In this document: positions 40,266 to 54,900 of the stretch, piece after piece | Position numbering within the stretch: position 1 is the stretch's first letter | Layout: each line of letters starts with the position of its first letter | Assembly: GCA_001643675.2 (NCBI GenBank) | Contig: LSRY02000047.1 | Location: 434,001-498,000, forward strand | From: Monocercomonoides exilis PA203 | Lineage: Eukaryota; Protista; Preaxostyla | Length of the DNA: 64,000 nt | Reading direction: 5' to 3' | Made by a program: the position numbers and the translations under genes | The notes under the pieces: model-generated | Told to the model about the DNA's origin: nothing | What the model saw: the letters and a program-made list of their open reading frames with translations, nothing else | Databases searched by the model: none

Positions 40266-40699
40266 TAAAAAAAGGAGAAAAGTTTGGAACAAATACGCAA
40301 TATGAGGAGATTCAAACGAATAAATATATTCTTAGAATTACAACTGATAATGAAAAAATGAAAATCTATTCATTTCGTGTTAATGTCATCAGTATTTTAA
40401 AAATTAAAACGAAATAAAATTCATTTTAATTTCAATTTCATTTCAGACATTTTGAACTGTTCTTCTTTTTGGGTTATTTAAAGAATCATGATTTTTTTGT
40501 TAAATAAATAAATTAATAAATATTTTTTTCAACAAAATGTATGCGCTTTTATTTACTGAAAAATACTCAATAATCAACTCAAAATAATTTTATTCATTAT
40601 TTCACTCATTTTAGTGTTTTCATTTTCTGCATCTGATAAATCATCATAGAAAATCTTCAATGTGTTGAGTTTTTTTTCTGTTTTTTATCTTCAAACAAA

Positions 40700-42570
40700 G
40701 CCTTTTCAGTTGATTCATTCTCTTTTTCTTCATTTTTTGAATTTATTTTCTTTCTTTTCTTTTTTCCATTCAATAAAAAATTCTTCATCAAAAATTAATT
40801 TTCCAAAATAATCAAACCTTTTTGTTCTTTTCTTCAGAGTCACGGAAGGTTCTTTTTGCAGCTTGGCTAACACTTCGTGCCACTGATGTGACAGTACTCC
40901 GCTCTTCGCTAAAGATGATTTGATTGTTGACGGCAACAAAGATGTTTGCAAAGCTTGTGGAAGCACATCAGCTAGCGCTTCTCGTCGCAAAATAATTGAA
41001 GAAGAAGAAGGTGCTTAGTATTTGGCATTAATTGACTTTTTAAAAACAGCAAACACTGCACGATCCAAAGGCCAGGCAATGCGAGTGGTGTGGGGTGCAA
41101 AGTTGACGATAGCAATTGAAGAATCGGCAAACTTCTTCCATAAGTCAGGCTGCGCTCTTGAAGAATGGGAATCAAGAAGGAGAAGGCAACGTTCATCATT
41201 CTTCTTCAAAGTGTCTCTTCTTTGTGTGATCCCTGGGAGCAACACTTTTTCAGGGTATTTAAGGATAAGTTCTTCATTCATCCGGTCTTCATTTTTGCCC
41301 CAAACATCCAACTACGAATTCAAAACGATGTGTTGTTCATCCGGTAATTTCCTGCAATGCAATATAACAACGCTTTGTTGGGAAAAGCCATCAGCTGCTG
41401 CTGCTACTACAAGAGCAGCATTTGGTATATTCATCAAAACTTTGGAGTAACCAACAGGTATGTCGGAATGATGGAAAACAAGAGAAGAGAAAGAATCAGA
41501 GAGTCGAAGAGAAGATTCTTCAATATTGAAGATGAGAGAGTTGGAATAATGATGTTGATCATGAAGGATTTGAAGAAGAATGAAAAATGTATAAAGAGTT
41601 TGCTGATGTGATTCAGATAGCCCTGGATATCGACGTTTCGAAGGTGAGAAACCTTTTGCTCAGGATTTTTTTGGAGTATTGATAAAGATAGGCTTTTAGA
41701 AATGTTGACTTCATCTTCTTCGTCGAAGTCGTCTTTTTTCATTTCATTGATAACAGTGTTTATCCAAAAAATTATTAATGGATAAAAACAACATATGGGT
41801 GATTATTTTTGAATACATAAGTAATTCTTTTTGAAAAGTCGCAAATGTTTAATTTTCAAATAAATCAAAATTTTTAATTTTGCTCAAATTTCTGTTTCTA
41901 CTCACGAATCTTCTTTAGAATGTGTGAAATAGCATTATCAAGAAATAGATTCCATATTAGTGAAGTTTGGTGTTTGTTAACAAAAATTTGAGCAGAATGT
42001 GAAATTTTTGATTTATTTGAAAATTAAACATTTGCGACTTTTCAAAAAGAATTACCCACATTTTTTTCAAACAAAATTTGCGGTTTGAAAATTCTTATTT
42101 AATACAAACAAAAGTACACTGAAAAGTGAAAATAATAATTAAAGAAAACTTCATCTTTTTTTCAGCTTGAAATTTTGTTTTTGAAATTGTTTTGATGAAA
42201 TCTATCATTTAAATACAAAAACTCTATTCAATGATATACAATCTTCGAAAAATCAACACCCATAAAAAATATATGATTTTAAAAATAAACATGCATACGA
42301 TAAAAAATGAAATAAACTTTTTTTCTCATTGGCGCAGTATAATAACTTGTCACACATTCATATTCTATTTTCAGCACTCCAAATATCGTTTCCTTTTCTT
42401 CCTGCTTGAATAATTCTAATCTTCCATTTTTTCCTGCCTTTCTTCCTTTTTTCACAGTCAATACAGCAGTATCAATTACCGAGCGAGAAAATTCCTTCAC
42501 ATTTGCAGCATCAGCAGCCCAATCTTCCCCATTAGCAATATTTTTCGTTACACGTTCTAATACACTTTCA
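40700..42570 (-). mobile_element. Decayed pogo/DDE-1 transposase, interrupted by insertions
   Basis: LLLLDSHSSR..APHTTRIAWPLDRAVF (41015-41311), EALADVLPQALQTSLLPSTIKSSLAKSG (40730-40990); N-terminal FSRSVIDTAV..KKGRKAGKNGRL (42279-42500) resembles ISKGCWYRGV..KNNREVGINGRL of the 7.1-7.4 kb copy. Confidence 0.75.
41821..42055. mobile_element. MITE family B copy with 50 bp perfect outer arms
   Basis: GTAATTCTTTTTGAAAAGTCGCAAATGTTTAATTTTCAAATAAATCAAAA is matched by its exact reverse complement ending at 42055. Confidence 0.82.
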
Positions 42571-42982
42571 ATTTAGCGATAAAAAAAAAGATTTCTTTGA
42601 ATAACAGATATTTTCAATTTTATTTTCCTTTTTAATTTCCACAGTTTTAATAATAACGAAAGAATTTATTAACTTGGAATAAATTATTTATGACCTAATT
42701 TATTCCTCATAAATATTTATACCAAGATCGAAATGAAAGTTCAGTTCTTTCATGTTTTCCATTCGATTAAAATAAAGCATGATTTCAAAATAAATGAAAA
42801 GCAAATCTTTAACATAAATAGAAATATTTGAACATTCAAAAACAAAAAACTAAAATTTCAAACTTTAAATACGATCCACCCAAAATATGAATTTTTGAGA
42901 ACCTTTATCATTTCACAAAAGACGTTGATTTGTTGCACACAAGTGTTTTTCTTTTGCTTCGTTTGCAGAAGTTCTCATCGAG

Positions 42983-45900
42983 ATGTTGCTCCTCATTATT
43001 TTCCAACTGATCGCAGCATCTTCATTTTCGTGTGACATTGATGAATCTGTCATTCGCGCTCATCCTGTTTTGCATACCAACAAAGACAAGGCATCAGATT
43101 GCATTCGCTGCTCGATAGTCTGCTTTTCAGAAATGGCTGTGCTCTTTGATATTCAAATAATGGCATCCAACTGCACAGTCAGCTTCGCAAAAATCTCGTT
43201 TTGTCCTCAAGGCAAACACAGTCTGTTTTCTTTTGCAAACAGCGTTGCTTCTATAATGTACTGTCTCATGATTCATCGTGTGGTGGAAGCTCCTCCATGC
43301 TTCTTTCTTCGGGACACACACGCATTTCTCGCAAATGTCAGCACAATTCCAGGAAATGCAATGACGATTGTTTCTCCTCTGGTGAGTGCACTGGCATTGC
43401 CTGCCTCTGCTTCGTGCTCCTCGTTGGAACTCTCAGCTTCCACCTTCTCTTCGCTCCGCCTCGCATCTGCACCATTTTTGTCGGCTCCATTTGTCTCTTC
43501 TGTCTGTGTGCTGTCTTCTGCATTTACCAATATTTCTTCAAACAGCCAGCTGCACAAGAGCGCATGCTCCGCTTGCACACAGACATCGTTTGTCCAGTCT
43601 TGCACTTTTTCGGGAGTCGATGATGTGTTTGATGGAGGAATCATCCAATCTGTCAATGCCCCTTCCCATTCCACATTCTCTCACAACAACACCCTTTCGA
43701 GGTGCATTCGCACTTCCAACACAAACTACACAAATCAGAAGCAAATGGATCAAATCACCCTCGAACCAGGAGAGCATTTCTTTTCCGATTGCGAATGGCA
43801 CAATACATTTTCTGAGGTTGATGGAGGGGCAGTTAGTTTGTTTGATAGTGTTGAATCTTCATTAACAATTTCCCTTTGTTTGTTCGACAATTGTACTTCA
43901 AATTCCCGAGGGGGTGCGTTGTTTGATAACAACACTGCATGTTTGAAAGTGAATTTATCAATTTTTAGTAATTGCACTGGAGGTTTGGGTGGGGCAATGT
44001 ACTTTGGAGCTATTTTGAATCATTTGTATTTATCGTTCAACAATTTTTCAAATTGCTTATCTATTGAAGGAATTGGCGGAGGGATCAGCTGGAGATATGC
44101 AAGTGAAAACTTGAAATTAGAAAATGAGGAAGAATCAAGTGGCTCAATGATATATAACATTATTATTTCGAATTGTACTTCAAAATCCACCATTGGGGGT
44201 GGTCTATCTATTTATGAGCCGATCTTTGAAGTGCCTGAACTTAGAGAATGCGGTTTTCTCAATTGTTCTTCTTGGAGAGATGGTGGCGGTTTGTATTTCA
44301 ATGTGCACGAGTTGACACTCGAAAATGCAACACTCCTGTTTTATTGTCTTTTTGTCAACAACACATCCCCAAACGGTGACGATGTCTATTTCGTGGATTA
44401 TCATTCCCGCCTCCAGCAGAATCCAACACATGGATGCGCATCGCTCACAAAGTCTTCGACAAGGCTCGTCATATATAATGACCAGTTGCACACACACCCT
44501 GAATGGCTCGATGATGCAAAGAGGGTTTATGCCGACGGAGCCAAAGGGAACGACAAATCTGCCAGCTGCGGGGTGTCTGAAGGCAATCCGTGCAGAACCG
44601 TCACACATGCGTTTACCATGCTGCTCCGCTGCGAATCATCTTCAATAATCCTGATGAGCTCAGTTTTTGACAGCGAGCCCGATACCATCGATGTCGGGGC
44701 AAGCAGCATGCTTGTCAATGGAGTTGAGCGAGAAAATACAGTGCTCAGCTCTGCCCCTCTTCCAAGCTTGCACCCACTATTCGCTGTTTCCACTGGGTCG
44801 CTCACAGCTTCCAATTTCACAGTTGTGCATGATCCATCAAAAAGCGATTCGATTCTCTTTTCCTTGAACTCCACAGGGATGATCGCACTCGACTCTGTAA
44901 GTGTGAAGCGATCTGCAAGCAGTTCTTCTGCACTTTTTTCTGCTCCCCTGCTTTGCTGCAAAAGTGGAGGCACAGCAACAATTTCGAACACTGATATGGC
45001 TGGCTTTTCATTTTCCGCTTGCTCTGCAATATCCTCTGACCATTCGAATCTCACTTGTGTGAACTGCTCTCTCTCAAATATGAAGTCCGAGCAAGACAGC
45101 GGTGCGGGAATAAAGGCCTCTGTCAGTTCGCCGAACACATTTGCATCAAAGAACACAACGTTTGTCGGGTGTGCATGCTCGATGGGCAGCGGCGGAGGCA
45201 TCGCCATCTTCGAGCAAGGTGGGGGCAAAATTCGAATCGAGGGCACAGCAGGCTGCACCACTTTTTCAGCATGCACTGTTCCAAAAAGCGACACATCCAA
45301 AGGAAAGGGCGGAGGGATCTTCATCCACACAAAAGAACGTGTCTGCGATGCGTGCCTGTCCAGAATATCGTTTGCTGGCTGTGATGGCTGGAAAGGGAAA
45401 TGCGTGTTTTATGATGCAGCCGAGCTCAGTGCGGTGGTGAAGAGCACAACACTTGACTTCGATATGGACGGAATGAATGACGACGATCTTATGGGGTTTG
45501 AGGCTGGCTTCCAGACACAGCCCGTTCCATTGAAAGCTTATTTGCTCCAGCTGGACGGATATGGATGTGTGGGAGGCACAAACAGCAGAGATTTCAAAGG
45601 ATGCGGAGCATCTGCATATCCTTGCGAAACAATCAGCTGGACTGTAGAATTAAAATTCTCATCCAAAAAGCGGGCAATCCAACTCCATGACAGCTTTCGA
45701 TGGACAGAGCACATCGCCATGGATCAGAGAGAATGGGATGTCAGATGCAAAGAAAAAGGCGGAACAATTCATGTCGACCTCTCACAAAACCAAAAGGCCA
45801 CAAACATGATTGAATCAAAGAACCTGGTAAGCTTGTCCAACATGGACTTTTTGGCTGCCTCTCCAATCGGAGGCACCATCGAATGCTTGATATTGTGTGC

Positions 45901-48900
45901 AGACAGTATTCTGACAATCACTGATTGCTCGCTGAAAACAGAAAGTGGAAGCATAGGCACGCCCTTTGCAAAGGTTGCAAAAGGAAAATTGTATCTGGTA
46001 TCGTTCAAAATAGCGTCAGAGAGCATCGACGCCTCTCACGTTATCGTTGTCTCTGGAGATAACTCAAAAGCATTTGTGCAATCCTCAGAGTTCAAAGGGC
46101 TGAGCAGCACTGGAAAGTTTGGGCTTTTCGATGTTTGCATGAGGGGAACAGTCGAAATGGAGAACAGCACAATAACTTCATGCAAAATGAAAAACTCGGC
46201 GATGGTTGGAGACGAGGAAGGAAGCATTCTGATCGCATCAAATGTAACATTTTCTGCAATCGAGCGCAGAGAAGGAGACGGCAGCTGCATCCATTGTTCG
46301 TGCCTTGGCAGACAAGCCAGTGCTTCAACATTCAAAAAATGTCTGTTTGAGAATTGTGCAGTCAAGGAAGCCGGGAGCGGAGGAGGCGCACTGAAATGCT
46401 GCTTGGACACCGGGGCAACCCTGCTCATCGATGAATGCCAATTCGGAAATTGCTCTGCTCCGAGCACCGATACGGTCGGGCATGGCGGGGGCATCTTTGT
46501 AGACTTGCACGCAGCGGATATTGCTTTCAAGATATCCTCACCGTTGTTCATGGCCTCTGCGCCAAACAGCGCATATTACGGGGCTGACGTGTTCATCCAA
46601 TCACCGAATTTGACCACAAGCATTACAAAATTAACCATTCCCTTTGCACACAGCACAAGCACAGGAAATGCCGATTCTCTGCGAGGATTCGACGGAGAAG
46701 ACAAAACAAATGCAATCCCACTCATCTATTTCATTTCCGATGTTGGCAGCATTGTCCATGCAGATTCATCAAATGGACTGGATGTTGCTCCATGCGGATT
46801 CACAGACTATCCGTGCCAGACGCTGAGCCACTCATTGACAAAGCAGATGGCAAAGGCAAAAAATATCGGCCTTTCCGATTCATTCGAGCTGCGTGAAGAA
46901 TTGGCACTTTCCGATCAACACGGAATTCACATCAGCGGTGTCAATTCATGTTCCTTGTTTGTTGTTGTCGAGGCAAATTCTTCACAGCCTGGAGTGATAA
47001 CAATGAGCGATAATTGCCCAACTGCCATGATGGAATTTATCAGGTTCAGGCTGCCAAGCAAGCTCCAAGCGCATTCTTCTTTTGCCTGCCAAAACTCGCA
47101 AGGCGAGCTGGTGCTTCAAGATTCCATTTTCGAGACTCTGGACGAAGCGCCACCGCTTTCTTATAATCTAATCTCAGCATTGTCTGGAAGCATCACCATC
47201 AGCACAGTAACAGCTGCAAACATTCCTCTGTTGGATGCCTCGTTTCTTGTTGCAGCAGGCTTCGCTTCTGTGCTTCTGGATTCCACATCGCTGGCAGGAG
47301 TGACAACCACCTCGCAGCACGGGCTGATATTTCTTTCATCGCAGAATGCCTCTCTTCTCATCGAAGACTCCAATCTGTTGTCACAACACGCCAGCCAAGA
47401 TTTCTCTTTTATTTTCTCCGACAACGCAAATGCAATCGGCATTTCAAACACATCAATGAAGGGATTTGCAAAAAATATGAAAAATGGCTCAGCCATATGT
47501 TGCACAGTTCATGACCAGCAATCGCTAAGGATTATTGGCAGCACGTTTGAGTCATGCAGTGCTGAAGGAGGATATGGAGGAGGGATATATGTGCAGGAGC
47601 ACAAGGGAGGAAAAGTGACAATAGGCAACACAACCGATTCACCCACGATGTTTGCCAAATGCACATCCACAGAAATTGATTCCAGCGGAGGACTGGGCAG
47701 TGGAATATATTTGCACATGACTGATAGCTCAGCAGGAGTTGCAATGAGCAGCATTTCGTTTGTTGAATGTGATGCGGCAAGAGGCGGAAGTTGCGTATTT
47801 GTGGAGGCAATCAATTTGTCCTCTGCAATTACCAGCGAGCTTCTTGGTTTCGAGTTCGAGAAAAGCAACAATTCATCTTTCAGCGAGTTGGCCGGCTTTG
47901 AAGGAGGCAATACAACATTTGTCATACCACTGGTACTGTTTCTCAGAAACTTCTCATCGCCAGCATTCGTCAGCAACAGCGGCATCGACTACAGGATGTG
48001 TGGTTACAAAGACTATTCGTGCAACTCCATAAGCTATGCTGGAGCAGCAAGATATGGCAGCGCAAAAGGCAAGGTGAGACTGGCAATAGACTTCGAATTT
48101 GCAGATCACATTGCATTTGTGCGTCAAGAGATGGAAATCGATGCTGAGGATAATTCAGCAGAATTGCTCGTTCGAAGCGACGGTCTTGGAGAAGGAAGCG
48201 GCTTAATCGAGGTCAGCGTTGATGTTTCGTTCACAGGAATATCGTTCAACATTCCTTTGGACTTCTCTGTGAACCGCGATTGCTTATTGTTGGGCAGTGG
48301 ATCTGTGTTGAGCGTGGCTGATTGCACAGCAAAAGCGATCGGCTCAGGGGTGTCGTACTCGATTGCTTGCTGCACCAGTGGAAAATTAGTGCTGAGCAAT
48401 TTCACAATTCTGAGTGTCGAATTTGCGATGGCAGCTGCCATCAAAGTCAGCGGCAGAGAAGCAAAAGGTGAGTTCGTTTGTCTGAGCATCTACGGGGCAA
48501 AAACGGGGGAATCTCTGGACTGATTGTCGCTGATAATGGAGGGGCGATCGGGCTTAAGGGATCGTTGATAAACTGCACAACAACAATTTTCATGAATCAT
48601 TCGATGATATTTCTGGGCGAGACATCATCGTCGCTGACGGCAACGAATTCATCATTCATTGGTGCAACAAGAAGGAACGGAAACGGCGGCGCCATCTCAG
48701 GAACCATCTGCAACGAAGCTGTGTGCGCTGTGAGCGAGTGCAATTTTTCATCAAACGCATGCATTGACAGCCATTCAAGAGGAGGAAGCATAATTGTGAG
48801 TGTGAAGAAAGGAGGAAAATTTTTGTTCGATTCAAACGAGGTGATGAACAGCAAAGTGGATGCAGAAAATGGCTTCGGCGGAGGGCTGCACTTGAGCTTT

Positions 48901-51900
48901 GAAGATCTGGAAGTGAATTACTCGATGATTGCCATTTCGTTCTCAGGAAATCAGGCACACTTGGGCTCTGATGTTTTTTTGATCTGTCCTTCGCCTCGAA
49001 TAATGATCGACAAAAACAAATGGGCAGGCTCCGCGCAGCCAGGGAGATGATTATCTCAAAACAATGTGGGTCATCAACGACGAAAGCGACCCCACAATAA
49101 GTGTTAGCATGTTGAAATACTTGTTTGTGTCGAACGATGAAATAGTGTTTGTCGACAGAGAAGAAAGCAGCAACACCGCTGGATGCGGAAACAGCAACAA
49201 TCCTTGCCAAGAATTGGCGTTTGGCTTTTCTCAAATGAGCAGCGCAAAAACAACACTGAGCATATTGAAGTCGGCCGACTTGAGCCAGCCAGTCCATTGT
49301 GAAGGCGAGCCTTTGACTATCTGCGGAGTTGAAGAGGTCAACTCTGTCCTGAAGGTGATGAATCACGGCTGCGTAACATTGCTCAAAGGCTCGCAGGCAG
49401 CATATCTGTCTGTTTCTTCCCTGAACATAACGCTTCAGACAACCGCAGAGCAATGTCCGCATGATGCATTTATTGAAGCAGCTGTTGGAAAAGTGTATTT
49501 TGTCTCGTGTATCTTTGGCGATCCGGAAGGCATTGAAAAGCGCTGCTGCGTGTGGATAGCGAAAGGGAATGGATGCTCAATTAGTTTTGGCAATGTTCTT
49601 GTCGCAAAACTACTGTTTCAGTCGAGTTGTGGATTGGCATTCATTCGCAGCGGCTCGCTTTCAATAGACAAATCTTCTGTCGACACAGTATCAACCCCAA
49701 GCGATAGCCTGGTTGTCTGCATTAACGAAGCAGACTCAATAATAAATAGCACAAATGTGACAGCATGCAAGACCAGTCAGGGCTCATTTTATAAGGTCGC
49801 AGGCTCAGGAAGCAATGTAGTCTCTGGACATTGCATGCTGAGTGTATGTACATCTGCAAATGGCAACGGAGGGGCTGTCGGCTGTGAGTTAAGTGAAAAT
49901 GGCCAATTCACGATTAATGGGGCTGAAATAGCATGTTGTGCAGTGAATAAAGACAGTGGAAGGGGCGGAGGAATATTCATGCGTTTGAACGATCCACATG
50001 GAACCTTTTTGCTTGAGGCGATTGACTTCAATCAGAACAATGGCTATGAGGGGCGCGACATGTTCGTTGGCTGCAAAAGCCTAAATCAGAGCATTGATCC
50101 TTCAAATATCAAAGTTCCGTTTTACAACAGCGAAAGCATCGAAATTGTAGACATTAAAGGAAAAGACAGGACACACTTTTCGGATTCTGTGGATCTTGCT
50201 ATGTTTTTGTATCAAAGGCAGGCAAGCAGAGTCTACGTTTCTAAATCAGGATACGACATGATCGGATGCGGAGCTGAAGAATATCCTTGCTTTTCATTCA
50301 AAAGAGGATCCATGAACATCAATGAGCTGTCTTTCGAAAAGGAGCTCTTGATTGATGCCGAGACATATATTCAAGAGCCTGTTGATGTGTCGTCTTTTTT
50401 GATATCTTCTTCGGCAAGTTCAAAAGCAAATATTTCGCTCAGGCCTGAAATTATCGGAAATACCAGAAATGCAGTTCTTGAAGCTACACAGCAACTGACT
50501 GCAACATTTATTTCGTTCCATTTCCCTTCGTCATTTTCATCAAATGTCGACTGCCTGATATTTGCATCAGATATCAGATTCAGAATCATCAATAGTTCCT
50601 TCGTCCAAAGTGGTGCAGATCCACTCTCGTTTGCGTTAATTCGGGCAGCTGGAGGGTCTGTCGAAATGAATTCCTGCAATGTTTCGGCGATAACTGCAAG
50701 ATTTGCTCCGTTTGTCATATCGAGTAAGCTCGATCTTGTAGATGCGCAATTCTCGCAAATAAAAGCACCAGAATCCCTCAGAGGCGGGGCTTTTGACGTT
50801 TGCCTCGCAGAAGACTACACTGTTTCGTTGAAGACCAGTAACCTTTCGTTTTGCGAATGCTCTAGAAATGAGGGGAAAGGAGGCTTTTTGTATCTGGACT
50901 GCACTATGTCTACTGCTTCTCAGCCTCTAAAAATCGATACAATTACTGCCAGCAGTAATATAGCACACATTGGCAAAAACATTTATCTGGAAAGCAAAAA
51001 TTTAAATGAGAGTGTGACGCTGGCTTCTTTTGCATTCGATTATTACGAAATCATGAATGACGCAAATGCTTTTGCTGGGCACGATCCTATTATTGGAGAC
51101 GCAGATCTCTTCATGTTTGTTGTTGAGTACAAAAGCTCGAAAATATATGTGGCATATGCAGGCTTTGATGTGAGGAGATGCGGGAGTGAATTCGAGCCAT
51201 GCAGAACGGCTTGGGCCGGAATACAACATTTAACTGAAGAAAGCCAATCTCCCCAATTGCTCATCACCAAGAAAACCACAATCCAAGATGCTCACGACGT
51301 GAGCGGTTTTATTTTAGAAGGATATTCATCAACATCCGAAGCAGAAAATCACACGTTGCTTTTTTCTAAAAAGATCAAGGAGAGTCTGATCCATTTCTTC
51401 TCAATTCAAGATATTTGACGATCAAGAATTTGCTTGTGTCTGTTTCTTCGGGTTTCGAGAACAGCAAAGGCGGAGTGATTGTGAATGAAAACGGGACTGT
51501 TGAAGCTTTTCAGAGTGGCTTTTCTTCAGAGGCAACAATCGGAACCGAAAGTCATTGTTCGTTTCTGCTGATGCAGCAAGGGTTCCTTCGCGTGTCGCAA
51601 TTTGTTGTATCGTCGTGTAACGTTGGAAAGAATATTTTTGCTGTTTCAAACAATAGTGAATGCACTTTTAACGAAATGGCAATATCGAATGTGAACATAA
51701 CTGAAGCGTGTATATGTCTGGCTAATTCTTCATCAATGGCAAGTATCAACAAGGCTGTTGGCTGTGTAATAACTATGGGGAATTCGTCTTTTGCTGGTGT
51801 TTCCAGAAGCGATAACGACTCGTGTATTATGGAATCCGCATCTGAAGGAGGAATTGTTCAGATCAGAAATTGTTCGTTCAGAGAATGCAGGTCCAGAGAT

Positions 51901-54900
51901 AGCGAAAGAGGCGGAGTGGCGTTTTTAAACCTGGGCGAATATTCGTCATTCGCATTTTTGTCATCATCAATAATTCAAAGCTTTTGCAGTGAAGAATACG
52001 GGAAAGGAGGAGGGACTTATCTTTTGTTTGGAGGAGTTGGGGATCTAAACTTTCTTTTCCAAAACTCAACGTTTAGCGGAAATTCCGCTTTTATTGGACG
52101 AGACGTTTTTATAGAATGTTTTAGTCTTTCTTCGCAGATCAATGAAAGCCAGTTCAGGATGGATCTTCGGGAAAGTGAGTATCACAGATCAAATGCCATT
52201 TACGGAATAGACAAGACAGACCATGCCTCAACGCCTTTTGATTTAATGGAACTTATTACAATGTTCCAGAACGATCGTATTGTTGTGTCGTCAAATTTTG
52301 AAGCAGGTGGAGAGAATAGCAAACAATGCGGAAAAATAAATTTTCCTTGCTTGTCAATCGATTATGGCCTGAAGCATGTAACATATGATTTATTAACTCA
52401 AGTGCTAATAGACATCTCATCGTCTCTTGAAGCAGAAATTACACTCGATGGAATAAGTGTTATGTCTCTTTCAAAGAATATTTGCGATGTGACGGTTAAT
52501 CTCATAAACAGAGGCGAATCAAGTTATGTCATCACAACAAATTTGCAAAGTTCCGTTTCTGACATAAGATTTCTGCTATCCTCCTCTTTGCTCAACTTTT
52601 GTTTCTCTTTCATTTTTGTGGAGAACGGTTTTTTGGATATCGATAATTGTGCCCTTGCTCCAGCATCGAGTGATTTTGGGGGTCAAAGAATTGCTTCTGA
52701 TAAGCAATTGTTAGGCGCTCATATAATTGTGGTTGAAAATGGCATGTTGCATGTCAATCACTTGGAGATTAATAGTTTTTCTTGTTCAAAATCAATGATC
52801 GTACTTGGGAAATCCGAAAACAACTCAATTTTAACAGGATTGTGCGTAAATGATATTGACATTTCCGATGCAAGCGTTATTGACATTTATCAAAGGAATT
52901 CTGAAGACAAAAAAATACTTTGATCGGAAACGTAACTCTTTCAGCATCATTATTCAAAAATATAGTTTCTTCAGCTTCGAGTGACAGCTGTATTATTTCG
53001 TGTTCAGATATTCCTCAATTATATGCACAGAATAGCACAATATGTAATTGTTCAATGCCAGATGGAGGACGCATCATGAAATGTGAAAAATGTCAACACT
53101 TTTATTTAGGTTCCTGTTTGATTGATGGTGGATATGAACGGAACAAAACCAATGATAATGAACACAATGAAAACTATATATGCTACTGGAATGCGTCGCT
53201 TGCGAGTATTGTAAATTGTTCGGCAGAAATCAAGGATTCCACTTTTGCAAACTCAATCAAAGGTGGAGTGGCAATTTTTGGAGGAAATGTTTCTATAATT
53301 GAAGGAAAATTCGAAGATAACGATCCGCAAATATTTAGATATCCTTCGATTCGCCGTAATATTTTTTGCTCTGGAAATGGGGTGTTGAATATTGAAAGTC
53401 TAAAGGGAGGAGATGGGCTTCTTCCTAATTCTTCGCTATGGATTCTTAATGATGGATGCGAACTTTTAGGAGTGCCATCTGAGCGTCTGTCTCCGTTTTT
53501 CATTCCGACTTTGGAAAAAGTGGAAAGTGAACGCAGCGCAGAAGAAATCAGTTTTACAATGAAAGGAACGCTCCTTCTTCCTTGCAACTTATCTTTCCAG
53601 CTTATCGCAACCATTGATGAGACAGACTCTATTGCGACGTATCAATTTTGTGATGACGGATTTGTTTCAGAAGAAGAAGTGCACAGCGCAATAGACATAT
53701 CGGAAATTCCATTTATTCCTGAGACAGCAGAAGTATCTATTCGAATTCTTTTTGGGAGTCGCGAAATTCCAAAGCAAACTGATGCGTTTATCTTGAAAAA
53801 CAGAAGTGAATCTCAACCAATAGAAAATGGGAATCTTTCCAAAAGTGAAAATGAGCAAAAATCATCCTGGACATTGATTGTAATTGTTATGGCAGTTGTT
53901 CTTTTGCTTGTTCTGATTATACTTGTGATATTCATTGTTCGATGGAGGAAGGCCAAAAACAGGACAGAAGAACTGGAAGAGATTGTGAATGACAATATAA
54001 AAAAGGATCCGAAGGCGTTCGAGATGGTTACGATGGAGATGTCGCCAGAGGAACAATGGAAAAGGGACGAAAGGGAGGCTGAGAAGAAGAATGAAGAGAA
54101 GATCAAGAGGAGGGTGTATGACACAAATATGGAACATTCAGAGTCATCAGAGCATCTTCTCTCCGAGAGTGGTTCAACTGAATACATTCTGGGAAGAGAC
54201 TCAGACAAGATCCCAGAATGGATGCTGGAGAAGGTTGATGAGAAAGAGGAAGAGTCCAGAAAGAGAACGCCATCGCCTTCCATTTCATCCACTTCAACAA
54301 CTGATTCAGATTCCACTTTTGTTCGAGGGGGAGGATCTATGCCCAACCACCTCGTCCATGTCGAATCTGGTGGATGCAATGGCATGCTCGTCTCCACACG
54401 AGAAGCTGATTGTAGATCTGAGGGATTCGTTGTTCATGCTGCTTCATGGGCTGAATAAGACAAAAGAGATGCCGATTGGCACTCTGCAGGAGAGAGAGCA
54501 GACAGCTGCCCAAATCCTGTTCTGGGTGGCCAATCTCGCTCTTCACTCGTTTGATGAAATGGAAAATGAATTATCTTCTCTTGCCGATCTGAGTCCGCAC
54601 ATTGTGCTGTTCTCCGAACACATGGTTATTTGCATTGTCATGCATTCAGACTTCTCTTCGGATGATTCAGACTTATCATCCATTTCATCTTCCACCATCA
54701 TCACATCATCATCTGATATTTCAGTGATGAGTGAGAGATTTACAGACTCGCCTCCCCCTTCATCGGCTTTTGAGGATGAGAATGATTTCAAAAAGGAGTG
54801 CATGAGGTGGAAGGCGCCAGAACTGTTGATCAACAAGAAGATGGGAGCGACAAAAGAATCTGTCTCATTCTCGATAGGGATGATGCTGTGGGAGTGCTTG

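Noticed and set aside
41434-41742. 102 aa ORF inside the DDE-1 remnant
   Set aside because: No recognisable motif; probably an inserted fragment.
48478-54458. Programmed frameshifting or an operon of six genes
   Set aside because: The inverted copy is open across three of the junctions; homopolymer error is simpler.
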